Source: a virus. Taken from it: a stretch of 64,000 bases of DNA. The stretch is taken from positions 1-64,000 of the IMG/VR virus record IMGVR_UViG_3300025121_000035; one strand, given 5' to 3'. Within the stretch, counting starts at the first letter, position 1. The number at the start of each line of letters is the position of its first letter. A model generated the notes under the pieces. It made no database searches, was not told the DNA's origin, and saw only the letters and a list, made by a program, of their open reading frames with translations. Positions 20,813 to 32,140 of this stretch are shown piece after piece. The translations under genes were made by a program, and so were the position numbers.

Positions 20813-23083
20813 TTATTTCTTCTTATAGATATTTCCAGTAGGTTGTTTATCATTATCGTTTTTATTTCCATATAAACTACCTGTTGGTTTTTTATCTGTT
20901 GCTTTTTCTGTATCTTCTTCTTTTACTTTATAAACATCACCATTTGGTATTTTTTCATTATAATTACCTGGTTCTTGTAAATCACCATTCGGATATTTTT
21001 TATTATATTGACCGTCAGTTTGAACATCTCCCTTTGGTTGTTTTTCAATATCTATACCTTTTGTATATAATTTTCCCTTTGGGTATTTTTTATTATATTG
21101 ACCGTCAGATTGAACATCACCGTTTGGAAATTTAGTATTATATTGTCCATCAGCTTGTAAATCACCTATTGGGTATTTTAAATTATATTGACCGTCAGAT
21201 TGAACATCACCATCTGGTAATTTTAAATTATACGTACCATCAGCTTGTAAATCTCCATCCGGAAATTTTAAATTATATTGACCATCATCTTGTAGATCAC
21301 CATCTGGTAATTTAATATTGTATGTTCCATCGTCCTGTAAATCTCCATCAGGTTTTTTATAATGATATGTTCCATCGTCTTGTAAATCTCCATCCGGAAA
21401 TTTTAAATTATATTGACCATCATCTTGTAGATCACCGTCAGGAAACTTTTGATTATATTGACCATCAGCGTGTAAATCAGTTGGGTATTCACTAACATAT
21501 GGTGGTCCACCACCTATTCCATCACTTGTTAAATCTTGTTGGAAACTACCATCAGCATTTAAAACAGAACTTAAATATCTATTTCTATCTGTTGGGTATT
21601 TTTCGTTATAAGTTCCATCAGTTTGTAAATCTCCATCAGGGTATTTTTTGTTATAAGTTACATTATCACTGCCACTATTTATATCACTACCTAATCCATG
21701 AGATGCATTAATTTCGGGTGTTCTATTTCTATCAAATATCTTATCATCTAAAAAATCATTAATAAAACCGCTAGCGTTATCTATTTTATCAGCAATGGTA
21801 TCATAATATACATTTATCTTAGTAAGAGTTATACCAAATCTTTCACCTGATGTATTCTGAATATCCCCTATAAATTGACCTACTTCGTTAGATAATTTAT
21901 TAATAAGTACCGCCCTAATTTCAGATGTTTCATTTTGTAATAATTTTTTAGTATTACTAATTTTATTACTAACAAATTTTTGAAATCTACTATTTCTACT
22001 AGTTCTTTCTCTTGTGTTATTTATTGGTGGTTCTGTAATTGTAAAATCGTTTGTAGCTAAATCATTTCTTTCTCTAAAATCAATTATTTTACCATTTTTA
22101 ATAAGATAAGGTGCAATTGCTTTACTAATTGATTTAAAATTAATAGTAAAAGTATTTTTAGCGGGTGTAGAAACAATAGGTGTACCCCAACCATTTACAG
22201 TCATATTATCAGTTATAGACTTTGTTTCAAAAAAATTAAATTGACAATCATGAAAAGTATAAATTATTTTAGAACTAGTATCAATTTCGTTATTACCAGT
22301 AGTTGTATTTATTTCACTTTCAAATTGTAATCTTGGAGTTTTAAAATTTCTTATATCTTTAATTGTTATTTGGAAATTAAATCTTAATAAGTTTTCAGGA
22401 ATAAGACATCTTTGAGTATCATAAGAAAATATTAAATTATTATATAATTCAGCTAAATAATGTGATATTAAAGTAATATCCTCTGATAATATAAATGTTA
22501 TTTTATCTTCTGGATAATTTATAATTTTTTTATTTACTATATCTAATCCTGAAATAGATTCTATATAATGTCTTTTTAATCCACTACTATCAGAATGGGA
22601 TTCACTTGGAAATATTTTAAATAATATATTTAAAAATTCTTCATATATATTTTGTTGGAATCTTTCATTTAATTCTGGAATATAACTATAATAATTTGTT
22701 ATGAAATTTCGTAAACCATAATCATTAGATGTAAATAAAGGGCTTTCGTTTTTTATTAATTTAATATCAAATATTAAAAATGTAGGATCTTCATAATCAT
22801 CAGTATTATTACTATTATAACCATATAGTGCTTTTTTAAATTGATTTGATGGATTATCAAACATACCACCTTCTAAATTTGGTACAGCACCACTAGTTTC
22901 ACTAAATCCGGTTTCGTGTTTTTTAACTCTATTTAAAAATTCATCAGGTCCACCATGTTTTTCTAAATAACTAGAATAACCTTTAATATAGGTAGGTACT
23001 GTTATAGAATTATCTCTATCTGATCCTACTAAATTATTAGGATCAAACGATGCTACATTTTTTTTAAATAAATCTAATGCCAT
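20813..23083 (-). CDS. Baseplate/tail-module protein with C-terminal 15-aa tandem repeats
   Basis: Context; (PDGDLQxDGxYNxKx)n. Confidence 0.7.
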   Translation of the reverse strand: MALDLFKKNVASFDPNNLVGSDRDNSITVPTYIKGYSSYLEKHGGPDEFLNRVKKHETGFSETSGAVPNLEGGMFDNPSNQFKKALYGYNSNNTDDYEDPTFLIFDIKLIKNESPLFTSNDYGLRNFITNYYSYIPELNERFQQNIYEEFLNILFKIFPSESHSDSSGLKRHYIESISGLDIVNKKIINYPEDKITFILSEDITLISHYLAELYNNLIFSYDTQRCLIPENLLRFNFQITIKDIRNFKTPRLQFESEINTTTGNNEIDTSSKIIYTFHDCQFNFFETKSITDNMTVNGWGTPIVSTPAKNTFTINFKSISKAIAPYLIKNGKIIDFRERNDLATNDFTITEPPINNTRERTSRNSRFQKFVSNKISNTKKLLQNETSEIRAVLINKLSNEVGQFIGDIQNTSGERFGITLTKINVYYDTIADKIDNASGFINDFLDDKIFDRNRTPEINASHGLGSDINSGSDNVTYNKKYPDGDLQTDGTYNEKYPTDRNRYLSSVLNADGSFQQDLTSDGIGGGPPYVSEYPTDLHADGQYNQKFPDGDLQDDGQYNLKFPDGDLQDDGTYHYKKPDGDLQDDGTYNIKLPDGDLQDDGQYNLKFPDGDLQADGTYNLKLPDGDVQSDGQYNLKYPIGDLQADGQYNTKFPNGDVQSDGQYNKKYPKGKLYTKGIDIEKQPKGDVQTDGQYNKKYPNGDLQEPGNYNEKIPNGDVYKVKEEDTEKATDKKPTGSLYGNKNDNDKQPTGNIYKKK
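20870..21655 (-). repeat. 45-bp coding tandem repeat, roughly 14 copies with degenerate ends
   Basis: PDGDLQDDGQYNLKF units visible in DNA and protein. Confidence 0.85.
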
Positions 23084-23147
23084 TTTTATTTGTATATTTT
23101 ATTTGTATATTTTATTTGTATATTTTATTTATATATTTATATATTTA

Positions 23148-24548
23148 TTATATCTTATTGAAATCTTCATCATTAAAACCTAATTCTCTTTTTACTAATG
23201 TTATATCTTGTGAAAATCCTCCTATTCTATTAAAATTATAATTAATAGCTGTTATTAACCATTCACCAGTTAATCTTTGATTTAATCTTTTTTCATCATA
23301 ATCAATATTTTGAGGATTTTTAATAGTATCTTCATTTACTACAACTGGTTTATCATCATCATGTAATTCACTTAATTTATAAAATTTTATCATAATTTTT
23401 TGAAAACGATATAAATTAAAATTCATTAATTTTAATGATATTTTAATTTTTACTTTTTGTAAAAAATTAAGATTTTTAGAATTTTGTTGTTCAGCATATA
23501 AGAAATTAGGATGTACATTATCTGTATCTAATCTACCCATAATACCTCGAGTAGTTATATTATTTAAATCAACTAATTCATTTATATTACCTTTTAATAT
23601 TATTTGATTACCATTAGAACTAGTAGTTGATATTGTTTCTAATTTAAATTTATAAAATGTATTATTATTCATATCATAATATGATATAAACGTAGCATAT
23701 CCAATTTGTAAATTAACTTTTGTAGAACTATTAATCAAATTATATTTATTTATATACAAATTACTATTTGATTTATCTGGATGATCAGTTAATATTAAAT
23801 TAGATAATGGTTCATTATCACCTTTAATTATATTTGATGACGCCATAACACCTGTTTGTTCTGATATATCTTCATTTAATGCTGTTTCTATATCTACATA
23901 ATTTAAGTTATAATAAAAATCAACATAAGCATACATAAAACTTTCATCACTTTTGTAAGAATATTGAACTATTTCTTGCACAAATTCTAATGTTGGTGAA
24001 GAACCATTTATCCATACCATTTCATCATTTGTATCATTAATATTACTAGCAAACCCTAATTCACAATCAATTGATATTTTTTTTAAAACAGTATAACTTG
24101 TTCCTTTATAACTAATAAATGGTGTAAAATATAATGGATTAACATTTAATATACCTATTAATACATAAGTTAATTCTTGATTATCATCGCTTTTATTTTT
24201 ATTAACATTAAATTCAATTATTTTAAAGTCCATTCTAACAGGCATTAATATTTCACTATTTGATTGAATAAATATACTTAATATCTCATTATCTGTTGGA
24301 AATAAAGGATCTATTAATCTAAAAGTTGGATCTTTAAAATGTACTTCTACTTTAGGTAAAAAATGATTATTATATAATATTATTTTTATTGTATCATTTG
24401 TTTGTATAACTATATTTCCTATTTGTAAATAAGGGTATAATCCTAATGTTTCAGCATACTCATCAGCACCTGAATCTTGTAAAGTTTCATCATAATCAAT
24501 AGATAATTCTTTTAATACTATTGTTGGTCTTGTTATAACTTCAATCAT
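23148..24548 (-). CDS. Putative baseplate hub protein (gp27/gpD-like)
   Basis: C-terminal LTGEWLITAINY...QDITLVKRE; sits between gp53-like and gp5-like genes. Confidence 0.55.
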   Translation of the reverse strand: MIEVITRPTIVLKELSIDYDETLQDSGADEYAETLGLYPYLQIGNIVIQTNDTIKIILYNNHFLPKVEVHFKDPTFRLIDPLFPTDNEILSIFIQSNSEILMPVRMDFKIIEFNVNKNKSDDNQELTYVLIGILNVNPLYFTPFISYKGTSYTVLKKISIDCELGFASNINDTNDEMVWINGSSPTLEFVQEIVQYSYKSDESFMYAYVDFYYNLNYVDIETALNEDISEQTGVMASSNIIKGDNEPLSNLILTDHPDKSNSNLYINKYNLINSSTKVNLQIGYATFISYYDMNNNTFYKFKLETISTTSSNGNQIILKGNINELVDLNNITTRGIMGRLDTDNVHPNFLYAEQQNSKNLNFLQKVKIKISLKLMNFNLYRFQKIMIKFYKLSELHDDDKPVVVNEDTIKNPQNIDYDEKRLNQRLTGEWLITAINYNFNRIGGFSQDITLVKRELGFNDEDFNKI

Positions 24549-25010
24549 TTATCTAAATTTATTTATAATAGTTATTTTCTTTTTATCATAATTGATATCT
24601 ATTTGCTTTAAATTATCTGGCTTAATAGTTGGGGGAGAACCTATTCTATTAACATCTTTTTTAGTGTTTTTCTTTTTATTCATATTTAATATTTGATCTT
24701 TATTAGAAAAATCTTCTGGATCAGATTGATATAATAAACCATAATTATCTAAATTCTTATAATAATATATTATATTACCTATTTTTATTGAAAATGGATT
24801 AATAATACCATTTAATGTCATTAATTCTTCAACTAAATCTGAATTACCATGTAAATATCTACAAACTAAATCTATACGACCTTCGTATTCATCTGTAACA
24901 ACAAAAATACCTATATCAGTTGTTATAAATCTATTTACTAATGTTCTTTTAAATAAATCATAAAACCCATTTTTTTCTATGTTTAATTTAATAAAGGAAT
25001 ATATATTCAT
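24549..25010 (-). CDS. Baseplate wedge protein, gp53/LysM-like
   Basis: EGRIDLVCRYLHG...LMTLNGIINPFSIKIG. Confidence 0.65.
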   Translation of the reverse strand: MNIYSFIKLNIEKNGFYDLFKRTLVNRFITTDIGIFVVTDEYEGRIDLVCRYLHGNSDLVEELMTLNGIINPFSIKIGNIIYYYKNLDNYGLLYQSDPEDFSNKDQILNMNKKKNTKKDVNRIGSPPTIKPDNLKQIDINYDKKKITIINKFR

Positions 25011-26479
25011 TATGAATTTTCTAATTTTTTATATACTCGTTTGTAATTTACTCCAAACATATCATATATTTCATTCTTACCCATACTTCTACCTTGTCTC
25101 ATTTCTACTGTAACATCAATAAACTTAGGTATATCATTATACTGCATTTCACCATGATATTTAACAGATACATCACTAACATGAACATTATTCATTGAAA
25201 ATAATGGAGCATATGGATTACCAATAGTTAAATGCCAAGGTGTAGATGCTTCTCCAGTTAACATTGCAATAGAACCTCTTAATGGCCAAACCCATCTTGC
25301 AACAGTAGATGCTAATATTGATTTTAAAATAGTATTATTAACTAAACTATTTAATATTGTACCTTGATCTGGTGGTGAAGGTTTTTTTGTTTCATTTGCT
25401 GCATCTCCTTCTTCAGTTGAAACATCTACTGAATCTTCATCTGAATCTGATATTAATTCTTTTATTTCACCTGCAATAGCACTTATAAATCCTTTAACTA
25501 CATTTCTAATTAAATATACCCAAGCACTTATATTTGTAGGATCATTATTAGCAGTTCTTAATTTTGCAATAAGATCAGAATCTGATTTTCCTATAAAATT
25601 AGTATCCGATGTACCCATTGTTAATAAATTATTTAAAATATCCATAGTAGATACTGTCATATCAATATCACCAATATATTTTTGTTCATATACTGTTTCT
25701 AATTTAAATGTAAAATTTGAACTTAATCCAAAATCTTCAACTTCTCTAGTTATTGATTGTTTTAATACATTAGGATCACCAATAGGTATATTAGTTTTAT
25801 TATAATCTGTTATACCTAATCTATTTAATACACCAAATACAAAACCAATACCCCAACCAGGAATAGGTACTATTTGATCCATATGAATTCCAAAACTTTT
25901 AGAAATCATATCATTTAACATTAAATGTAACATTTTATCTGAACCTTGATTAACCCATACTTCATTAAAATTAAAACTAAGAAAATCATTTTCGTCTTTA
26001 ACCCAACCTATTACTGTTGATATTGGTTCAGCATTTAACAATTGTAAATCTTTAGGTACAACTACACCTTCTGCAAATCTTCTTAATATCATTAAACGAT
26101 TAATAGGATATACACCAATATCTCTTAAATATGAAAAATCTGTACTTTTTAATCTTAATGCAGGTGAATCATTATATATTTTATCTTTACCTGGATTACT
26201 ATTACTTCCACTAAAATCATCTAATAATTGTAAATATGGATTTTTTTTAGTTGCTTTATATGCTTTATTTACATCAGATTGAATATAATTATCTTTAATA
26301 CCACTTGAAGTTACTACATATTCGTTTAATTCAAACTCCTTTGTTTTTTTATTATATTCTCTTCGTTGTTCAACTATTTGGGCTCGATTAGAGTTAGAAC
26401 TAGCTGTTTTAGTAGTTGTATTAACATTATTTTTAATTTTTAAATTAGCTTTAAATAAAAAGCTCATTTCATCAAACAT
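25010..26479 (-). CDS. Putative tail-tube/baseplate-junction protein
   Basis: Context; C-terminal PWHLTIGNP...VSVKY...IPKFIDVTV. Confidence 0.5.
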   Translation of the reverse strand: MFDEMSFLFKANLKIKNNVNTTTKTASSNSNRAQIVEQRREYNKKTKEFELNEYVVTSSGIKDNYIQSDVNKAYKATKKNPYLQLLDDFSGSNSNPGKDKIYNDSPALRLKSTDFSYLRDIGVYPINRLMILRRFAEGVVVPKDLQLLNAEPISTVIGWVKDENDFLSFNFNEVWVNQGSDKMLHLMLNDMISKSFGIHMDQIVPIPGWGIGFVFGVLNRLGITDYNKTNIPIGDPNVLKQSITREVEDFGLSSNFTFKLETVYEQKYIGDIDMTVSTMDILNNLLTMGTSDTNFIGKSDSDLIAKLRTANNDPTNISAWVYLIRNVVKGFISAIAGEIKELISDSDEDSVDVSTEEGDAANETKKPSPPDQGTILNSLVNNTILKSILASTVARWVWPLRGSIAMLTGEASTPWHLTIGNPYAPLFSMNNVHVSDVSVKYHGEMQYNDIPKFIDVTVEMRQGRSMGKNEIYDMFGVNYKRVYKKLENS

Positions 26480-26544
26480 ATTGATAGTTATTAGATTTTG
26501 ATTTATATATAAAAAAGATATTTATAATATATATTAAAATATAA

Positions 26545-26946
26545 TTAATAACTTTTTAATATTTGTGATGCATCAAATATATTCATATTAGATAATATTG
26601 ATTGATTAATATTATCATCATCTTTAAATTCATCATAAAATAATAATATATTAAATTTAGTATTAGATGTAAGTATTTTTTTTATTTTAAATACGTCTTC
26701 TATATTAAGAACTTTACTATAAAAATTAGGAATATAATATATATCCTTTCCTTTATCTAAGGATTGAGTTATTTTAGTATAAATTAATAAATTAAAATAT
26801 TCTTTATATTCTAAATAACTTTTAGAAATTTCATATTCATCTAATTGTTGATTTATATCTATAATAATTTTATTTTTTATCCTATTAACTTTTACATATT
26901 TGTCAAAACGTTTTCTATTTTTAGTAAAAACTAAATAAAAGTTCAT
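26545..26946 (-). CDS. Hypothetical protein
   Basis: ORF track. Confidence 0.6.
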   Translation of the reverse strand: MNFYLVFTKNRKRFDKYVKVNRIKNKIIIDINQQLDEYEISKSYLEYKEYFNLLIYTKITQSLDKGKDIYYIPNFYSKVLNIEDVFKIKKILTSNTKFNILLFYDEFKDDDNINQSILSNMNIFDASQILKSY

Positions 26947-27179
26947 GCATTTATATTTTTTTTATTTATTACATTTTTAATATATATTGAATTATTTGAG
27001 TCGTATTGTAAAAAAAATATAAATCTTTGATTTTTAATATTTCATTCCATATAATAGTAGATTATTATTTAGTTTGATGATGATTAATTTTTTATAATTT
27101 TTAAACTTATTTAAAAATTTAGCATAAAATTAATAATTGAAAAATTTAATTATTTTTTATAAAAACAAATTAAATATGA

Positions 27180-28388
27180 ATGGCAAAAAAGAAATCAACA
27201 TCATCATATTCAATATCTCAACTATCAAGCCTTATTGATAACTTAGGAGAAGAATCTAAAATCATGATTGAAAATGAAGAACATAATGGGACTATTGATA
27301 CTAGTGTTTATATACTTAATGCATTACTTTCTAAAAGTATTTTTGGTGGAGTAGCAGATGATAGAATTACTATTTTCGCAGGTGATCCAAATACTGGTAA
27401 ATCTTATATTATGTATAATATTGCCAGAAATGCACAAAAATCTGGATATTATATTATATTTATTGATACAGAACATTCAATAAATAAAAATACATTATCT
27501 GATTTTGGAATTAAAACTGATAAAGAAAGTCTTAAATTAATAACATCTAACAAAGTAGAAGATTTAAAAATCTTTTTAACTAAATTTTTAGATGAATTAA
27601 AAACTCAAAAAGTTAATGGTATTGAAGTACCTAAAATTATGATACTATTAGATAGTATTGGTCAATTAGCATCTGAAAAAGAAAAACAAGATGCACTAGA
27701 AGGTAAAAATAAAGTTGATATGACTAGAGCTAAATCCATTAAACAATTTTTTAGAATTATTAATTCTGATATGGGATATTTAGGAATTCCTTTGATTGCT
27801 TCTAATCACGTATATGAAGATACTAATTCTTTTTTCCCTACTAAAATTATGAGTGGTGGTAAAGGTGTTGAATATTCAGCATCAACTATTATATTTTTAA
27901 GTACCGCTAAATTAAAAACAGGTCGTGAAGATGATATGGATTTAAATTCAACTGGTTCAATAATTACAGCTCAAGCTAAGAAAAATAGAATGGCAAAACC
28001 TAAAAAAATTAAATTTGAAATTGATCATACTTATGGCACTAATAGATATAAAGGATTAGAATATTTCTGTACTATCGAAAATTTTGATAAAGTTGGTATA
28101 GCAATTGGTAAAAAAGTTATAAAGGAAAACGGTGAAATTGGAATTGAATCAAGTGGAAAAAAATGGTACGTTAAGCATCTTGATAAAACACTTTTTGAAA
28201 AACAATTATATAATAATAAAGTTTTTACACAAGAAGTACTAGAAGCATTAGATCCAATTATCTATAAATATTTTGATTATTCTTCATTCGAAGAAGAACA
28301 AAGTTATATAAATGATATAGATAATGTTGATGATAATATTAATATTGATCCTGATTTCGATGATATTGATAATGATGATTTGTTTTAA
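27180..28388 (+). CDS. uvsX: UvsX/RecA-like recombinase
   Basis: Walker A GDPNTGKS, FIDTE, LLDSIG, DMTRAK, MSGGKG; acidic tail. Confidence 0.9.
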   Translation: MAKKKSTSSYSISQLSSLIDNLGEESKIMIENEEHNGTIDTSVYILNALLSKSIFGGVADDRITIFAGDPNTGKSYIMYNIARNAQKSGYYIIFIDTEHSINKNTLSDFGIKTDKESLKLITSNKVEDLKIFLTKFLDELKTQKVNGIEVPKIMILLDSIGQLASEKEKQDALEGKNKVDMTRAKSIKQFFRIINSDMGYLGIPLIASNHVYEDTNSFFPTKIMSGGKGVEYSASTIIFLSTAKLKTGREDDMDLNSTGSIITAQAKKNRMAKPKKIKFEIDHTYGTNRYKGLEYFCTIENFDKVGIAIGKKVIKENGEIGIESSGKKWYVKHLDKTLFEKQLYNNKVFTQEVLEALDPIIYKYFDYSSFEEEQSYINDIDNVDDNINIDPDFDDIDNDDLF

Positions 28389-28407
28389 AAAATTATAAAA
28401 GTAAAAT

Positions 28408-29130
28408 ATGAGTGAAATTGTAAATACAAACTTAGAAAAATTATTTTTTGCTAAAATTTTAGAAGAACCTAGTCAATTTTATAAAGTAGATTCTAACTTT
28501 TTTGAAAATGATCAAATACGATTTATATATGATATTATTAGAAATACTTATATTGAATCTATAGAAAAAATAGTACCTAGTCCAAAACAAATTTGGGCTA
28601 TGATACAATTAAATGATACTAAAAAAATAATAACAAAAGAATCATTTAAAATTCTTTTTAAAGAATCAACACAAGATATATCTGATGAATGGCTAACTAA
28701 AAAATTTAAAGCTTGGAAATCTTCTAAATATACTCGTCAAAAAATTTATGAATCCATTGATATTATAAAAGGAATGGAAGAAATAGATTATGATAATGTA
28801 ATGGATATAGTAAGTAGATTAAAAAATACATTTTCTGAAATTGATTCTATATCTAATGACGATGAAGATTTAGGCGATGATTTTGATAATCCTGAAAGTC
28901 ATAAACAATCTATATCATTAAGAAAAATGTCATCTGGATGGTCTAATATTGATAAAATATTAAATGGTGGTTGGGATAGAGCTACATTTAATGTTATTAT
29001 GGGAGAAACTAATGTCGGAAAATGCCAATCCTTTGATACACAGATAGTTATAAAAAATAAGATATCCAACAAAACACAAAAAATTAAAATAGGTGATTTG
29101 TTTCATTTAATAAAACATAGTAAATCCTAA
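28408..29130 (+). CDS. dnaB: gp41/DnaB replicative helicase N-part + 35-aa split-intein N-fragment
   Basis: Walker A GETNVGK is interrupted by CQSFDTQI... (intein Cys1 at 29023). Confidence 0.9.
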   Translation: MSEIVNTNLEKLFFAKILEEPSQFYKVDSNFFENDQIRFIYDIIRNTYIESIEKIVPSPKQIWAMIQLNDTKKIITKESFKILFKESTQDISDEWLTKKFKAWKSSKYTRQKIYESIDIIKGMEEIDYDNVMDIVSRLKNTFSEIDSISNDDEDLGDDFDNPESHKQSISLRKMSSGWSNIDKILNGGWDRATFNVIMGETNVGKCQSFDTQIVIKNKISNKTQKIKIGDLFHLIKHSKS

Positions 29131-29170
29131 ATTGGTTTCGCCTGTTTTTATATATAAAAATAAAAAGATT

Positions 29171-30298
29171 ATGAACTGTAAAATATGTAATAAAAATTGT
29201 AATGGTTTAAAAGGGTTATCTATTCATTTAAAAAAGAAACATAATTATGATGATATTCACCTTAAAGAATATTATGATAAATATATTAAAAAAGAAAATG
29301 AAGGTGAATGTTATTTTTGTAATGATAATGCTATATTTTTTGGATTTAGTAAAGGTTATCATAGAATATGTAAATCTGAAAAATGTTTAGGCAAAACAAG
29401 AGCAACAGGAACATATGAATTTTTAATGTATAAATATAATTTATCAAAAGATGATGCTGTAAAATTGATGAATAAAAGATCAAAAAATAGAGGAATTAAA
29501 ATAAAAGAATCTTTGAATAAGGAATTAGAAAAAAATTCAAATTTTTATAAAGAAAAATCACACCAAACAAAAGAATACTGGATTAAAAGAGGATTTAACG
29601 AAAAAGATGCCATAAATAAATCAAAAGATATTATGGATATGATTCATGAAAAAACTTGGGAAAAAAGAAAAAAACATCCTGAATTATACGACAATGTAAA
29701 CACCACTCAATTGAAATACTGGATCGATAAAGGGTATAATGAAAATGAATCTATAGAAAAAAGAAAAGAAAGACAAAGTACATTTACATTAGAAAAATGT
29801 ATTGAAAAATATGGAGAAATAAATGGACTGAAAAAATGGAACAACAGACAAATAAATTGGAAAAAATCTATGAAAAAAAGTCTTATAGAAAACGGAAATT
29901 ATAAAAAAGATTTTTCAAATGTAGAAAAGGATTTAATTAATAATTTATTATTATCATTACCATATATAAATGAAAACAATCATTATTCATATATGAATAA
30001 ACAATTTTTTATTTATGATAAAAAAGAAAAAAGTTTTAATAGTTATGATTTTGTTTATAAAAATAAAATCATAGAATTTAATGGTGATTACTGGCATTGT
30101 AATCCAAAAATATATAAATCCGATTTTTTAAACTTAAGAAAACAAATGTATGCATATGAAATTTGGAATTATGATAAAATTAAAATATATAAAGCAAAAA
30201 ACGAAGGTTATGAAGTTTTGATAATTTGGGAAAATGAATATAAACAAAATAAAGAAAAAGTAATACAACAATGTATAAATTTCTTAAAAAATGATTAA
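29171..30298 (+). CDS. Free-standing endonuclease (Zn fingers, repeats, C-terminal Vsr/DUF559-like domain) between the helicase halves
   Basis: CKIC..H, YDF..IIEFNGDYWH..IIWE; ATG at 29171 preferred to the TTG start. Confidence 0.75.
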   Translation: MNCKICNKNCNGLKGLSIHLKKKHNYDDIHLKEYYDKYIKKENEGECYFCNDNAIFFGFSKGYHRICKSEKCLGKTRATGTYEFLMYKYNLSKDDAVKLMNKRSKNRGIKIKESLNKELEKNSNFYKEKSHQTKEYWIKRGFNEKDAINKSKDIMDMIHEKTWEKRKKHPELYDNVNTTQLKYWIDKGYNENESIEKRKERQSTFTLEKCIEKYGEINGLKKWNNRQINWKKSMKKSLIENGNYKKDFSNVEKDLINNLLLSLPYINENNHYSYMNKQFFIYDKKEKSFNSYDFVYKNKIIEFNGDYWHCNPKIYKSDFLNLRKQMYAYEIWNYDKIKIYKAKNEGYEVLIIWENEYKQNKEKVIQQCINFLKND

Positions 30299-30305
30299 AA
30301 AATAA

Positions 30306-31394
30306 ATGATAAATGAAGATACATATAAAAAATTTATAGAAACATTTAAAGTTGATGATTGGGAAGTAGAAACAGATAATGGATGGTCAGATATAAATGA
30401 AATAGGTATGACTATAGAATATGATGAATGGATATTAAAAACAAAAAATACTGAATTAATAAGCGCAGATAAACATATAGTATTTAAATTTGATTATAGT
30501 GAGGTATATGTTAAAGATTTAAAAATTGGTGATGAAATTATTACCAAATTTGGTACAGAAGAAGTAATATCTGTTTATAAATCAGATAAAAAATCTAATA
30601 TGTATGATTTATCATTAAATGATAAAAATCATAGATATTATACTAATGATATATTATCACATAATTCAATGTGGTTACAAAATATAGCTCACCATATTGC
30701 AGATGAAGGTTATAATGTTGTATTCGTAACATTAGAAATGGCTTCTTATAAAGTAATGAAAAGAATGGGATCAATGAGATTAAAAATTGATTCTACACAA
30801 TATGATGATTTAAGCAAAGATTCTACATTTATTAAAAATAAAATTAATGAATTAAAATCTATGTCAACTGGTAATAAATTATTTGATACTGGAAAAACAG
30901 GTAAAATATTTGTTAAAAAATATCCTACTAGTGATTGTTCAGTTACTGATTTAGAAAATTATATTAAAAAGTTCGAGCAAAGTAAAAAACTTAAAATAGA
31001 TGTTATGATTATAGATTATATAAATATTATGTCTATTGAAAAGGGATTTAATCTAGATACGATGTTATATCTTAAAGGAAAACATTTAGCAGAAGGTATA
31101 AGAAGATTAGGTGATAAATATGATATTTGTATGATTACAGCAACACAAACAGATAAATCCGTATGGGGAGCAAATGATATAAATCTTGATGATATACCAG
31201 AAAGTAAAGCAATCGCGGAAGCTGCTGATAGTGTGTGGGCTATTATTAGAAATCCACAAATGAAAAAAGAAAATATTTATAGATTAAAAATTTTAAAACT
31301 AAGAGATGGTGAACATCATGAAGAACAAATAAAATTTGATTTTAATACTAAATATTTAACTATGGAAAACGATATTTTAGTCGGTACAAAATAA
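30306..31394 (+). CDS. dnaB: 120-aa split-intein C-fragment + helicase C-part
   Basis: ADKH block B and MYDL..YYTNDILSHN|S, then TLEMA, IIDYINIM, ATQT, ESKAI helicase motifs. Confidence 0.9.
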   Translation: MINEDTYKKFIETFKVDDWEVETDNGWSDINEIGMTIEYDEWILKTKNTELISADKHIVFKFDYSEVYVKDLKIGDEIITKFGTEEVISVYKSDKKSNMYDLSLNDKNHRYYTNDILSHNSMWLQNIAHHIADEGYNVVFVTLEMASYKVMKRMGSMRLKIDSTQYDDLSKDSTFIKNKINELKSMSTGNKLFDTGKTGKIFVKKYPTSDCSVTDLENYIKKFEQSKKLKIDVMIIDYINIMSIEKGFNLDTMLYLKGKHLAEGIRRLGDKYDICMITATQTDKSVWGANDINLDDIPESKAIAEAADSVWAIIRNPQMKKENIYRLKILKLRDGEHHEEQIKFDFNTKYLTMENDILVGTK

Positions 31395-31405
31395 TAATTA
31401 TAAAT

Positions 31406-32122
31406 ATGTCAAAACCAAAAGATGATAATTACATAAATTTTGATGATGAAGAAGATGAAAAAGATTTAATAAAAAATATTATTAATGATAATGATGATAT
31501 TGAAGATGATGATGATAATATTGATATTATTATAGATTTAGATGATGATATTATAGAATTAGAAGAAGATTTTATAAATTCAGATGATGTTGAAGATATA
31601 GGTGATGGTGATAGTGATAAATTTGACTTAATGTACAGATTTAATACTAATAAACATAAACAAGAAGGTAAACATCGATTACAAAGAGATACTATATTTA
31701 AAGGAAAATTAGATAAAAAAGATGAAAATTCAGATATTAATAATACATATCAAGATACTTCCAATGAATATGGAGATATAGTTAATTTTCTTAATGATTA
31801 TGATGATGCTGATGATCATTTAAATCAAAATAATTTAACTAAAGATGTTTATGATATATTAAAAACAAAAACAGATTTAGATTTCAAACAAAATAGAAGA
31901 AAACCTAATAAAGAAACTTTTAATGAATATTATAGTTTATTATTAAAAGAATTAGGTTTCAGATATACAAGATCTGAAATATTTGTAGAATTATCCTATT
32001 ATTTTACAGATAACATTTTTAATATGTTTAAATTATTAGATAAAAAACCAGCTACAATAATAATTAAAGAATTATTACAAAAAGGATACTTAAAAAATTT
32101 AGATGGAATAAATTTTTTATAA
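31406..32122 (+). CDS. Hypothetical protein with highly acidic N-terminus
   Basis: D/E-rich first ~70 aa. Confidence 0.7.
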   Translation: MSKPKDDNYINFDDEEDEKDLIKNIINDNDDIEDDDDNIDIIIDLDDDIIELEEDFINSDDVEDIGDGDSDKFDLMYRFNTNKHKQEGKHRLQRDTIFKGKLDKKDENSDINNTYQDTSNEYGDIVNFLNDYDDADDHLNQNNLTKDVYDILKTKTDLDFKQNRRKPNKETFNEYYSLLLKELGFRYTRSEIFVELSYYFTDNIFNMFKLLDKKPATIIIKELLQKGYLKNLDGINFL

Positions 32123-32140
32123 AAAAATTAAAATTATAAC

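Noticed and set aside
20870-21655. 45-bp periodic repeats as a CRISPR array
   Set aside because: In-frame coding repeats with synonymous variation and no unique spacers; no cas genes
23084-23147. Three tandem ATTTGTATATTTT copies as iterons or an origin
   Set aside because: Short AT-rich slippage-type duplication next to a promoter-like motif; no other origin evidence
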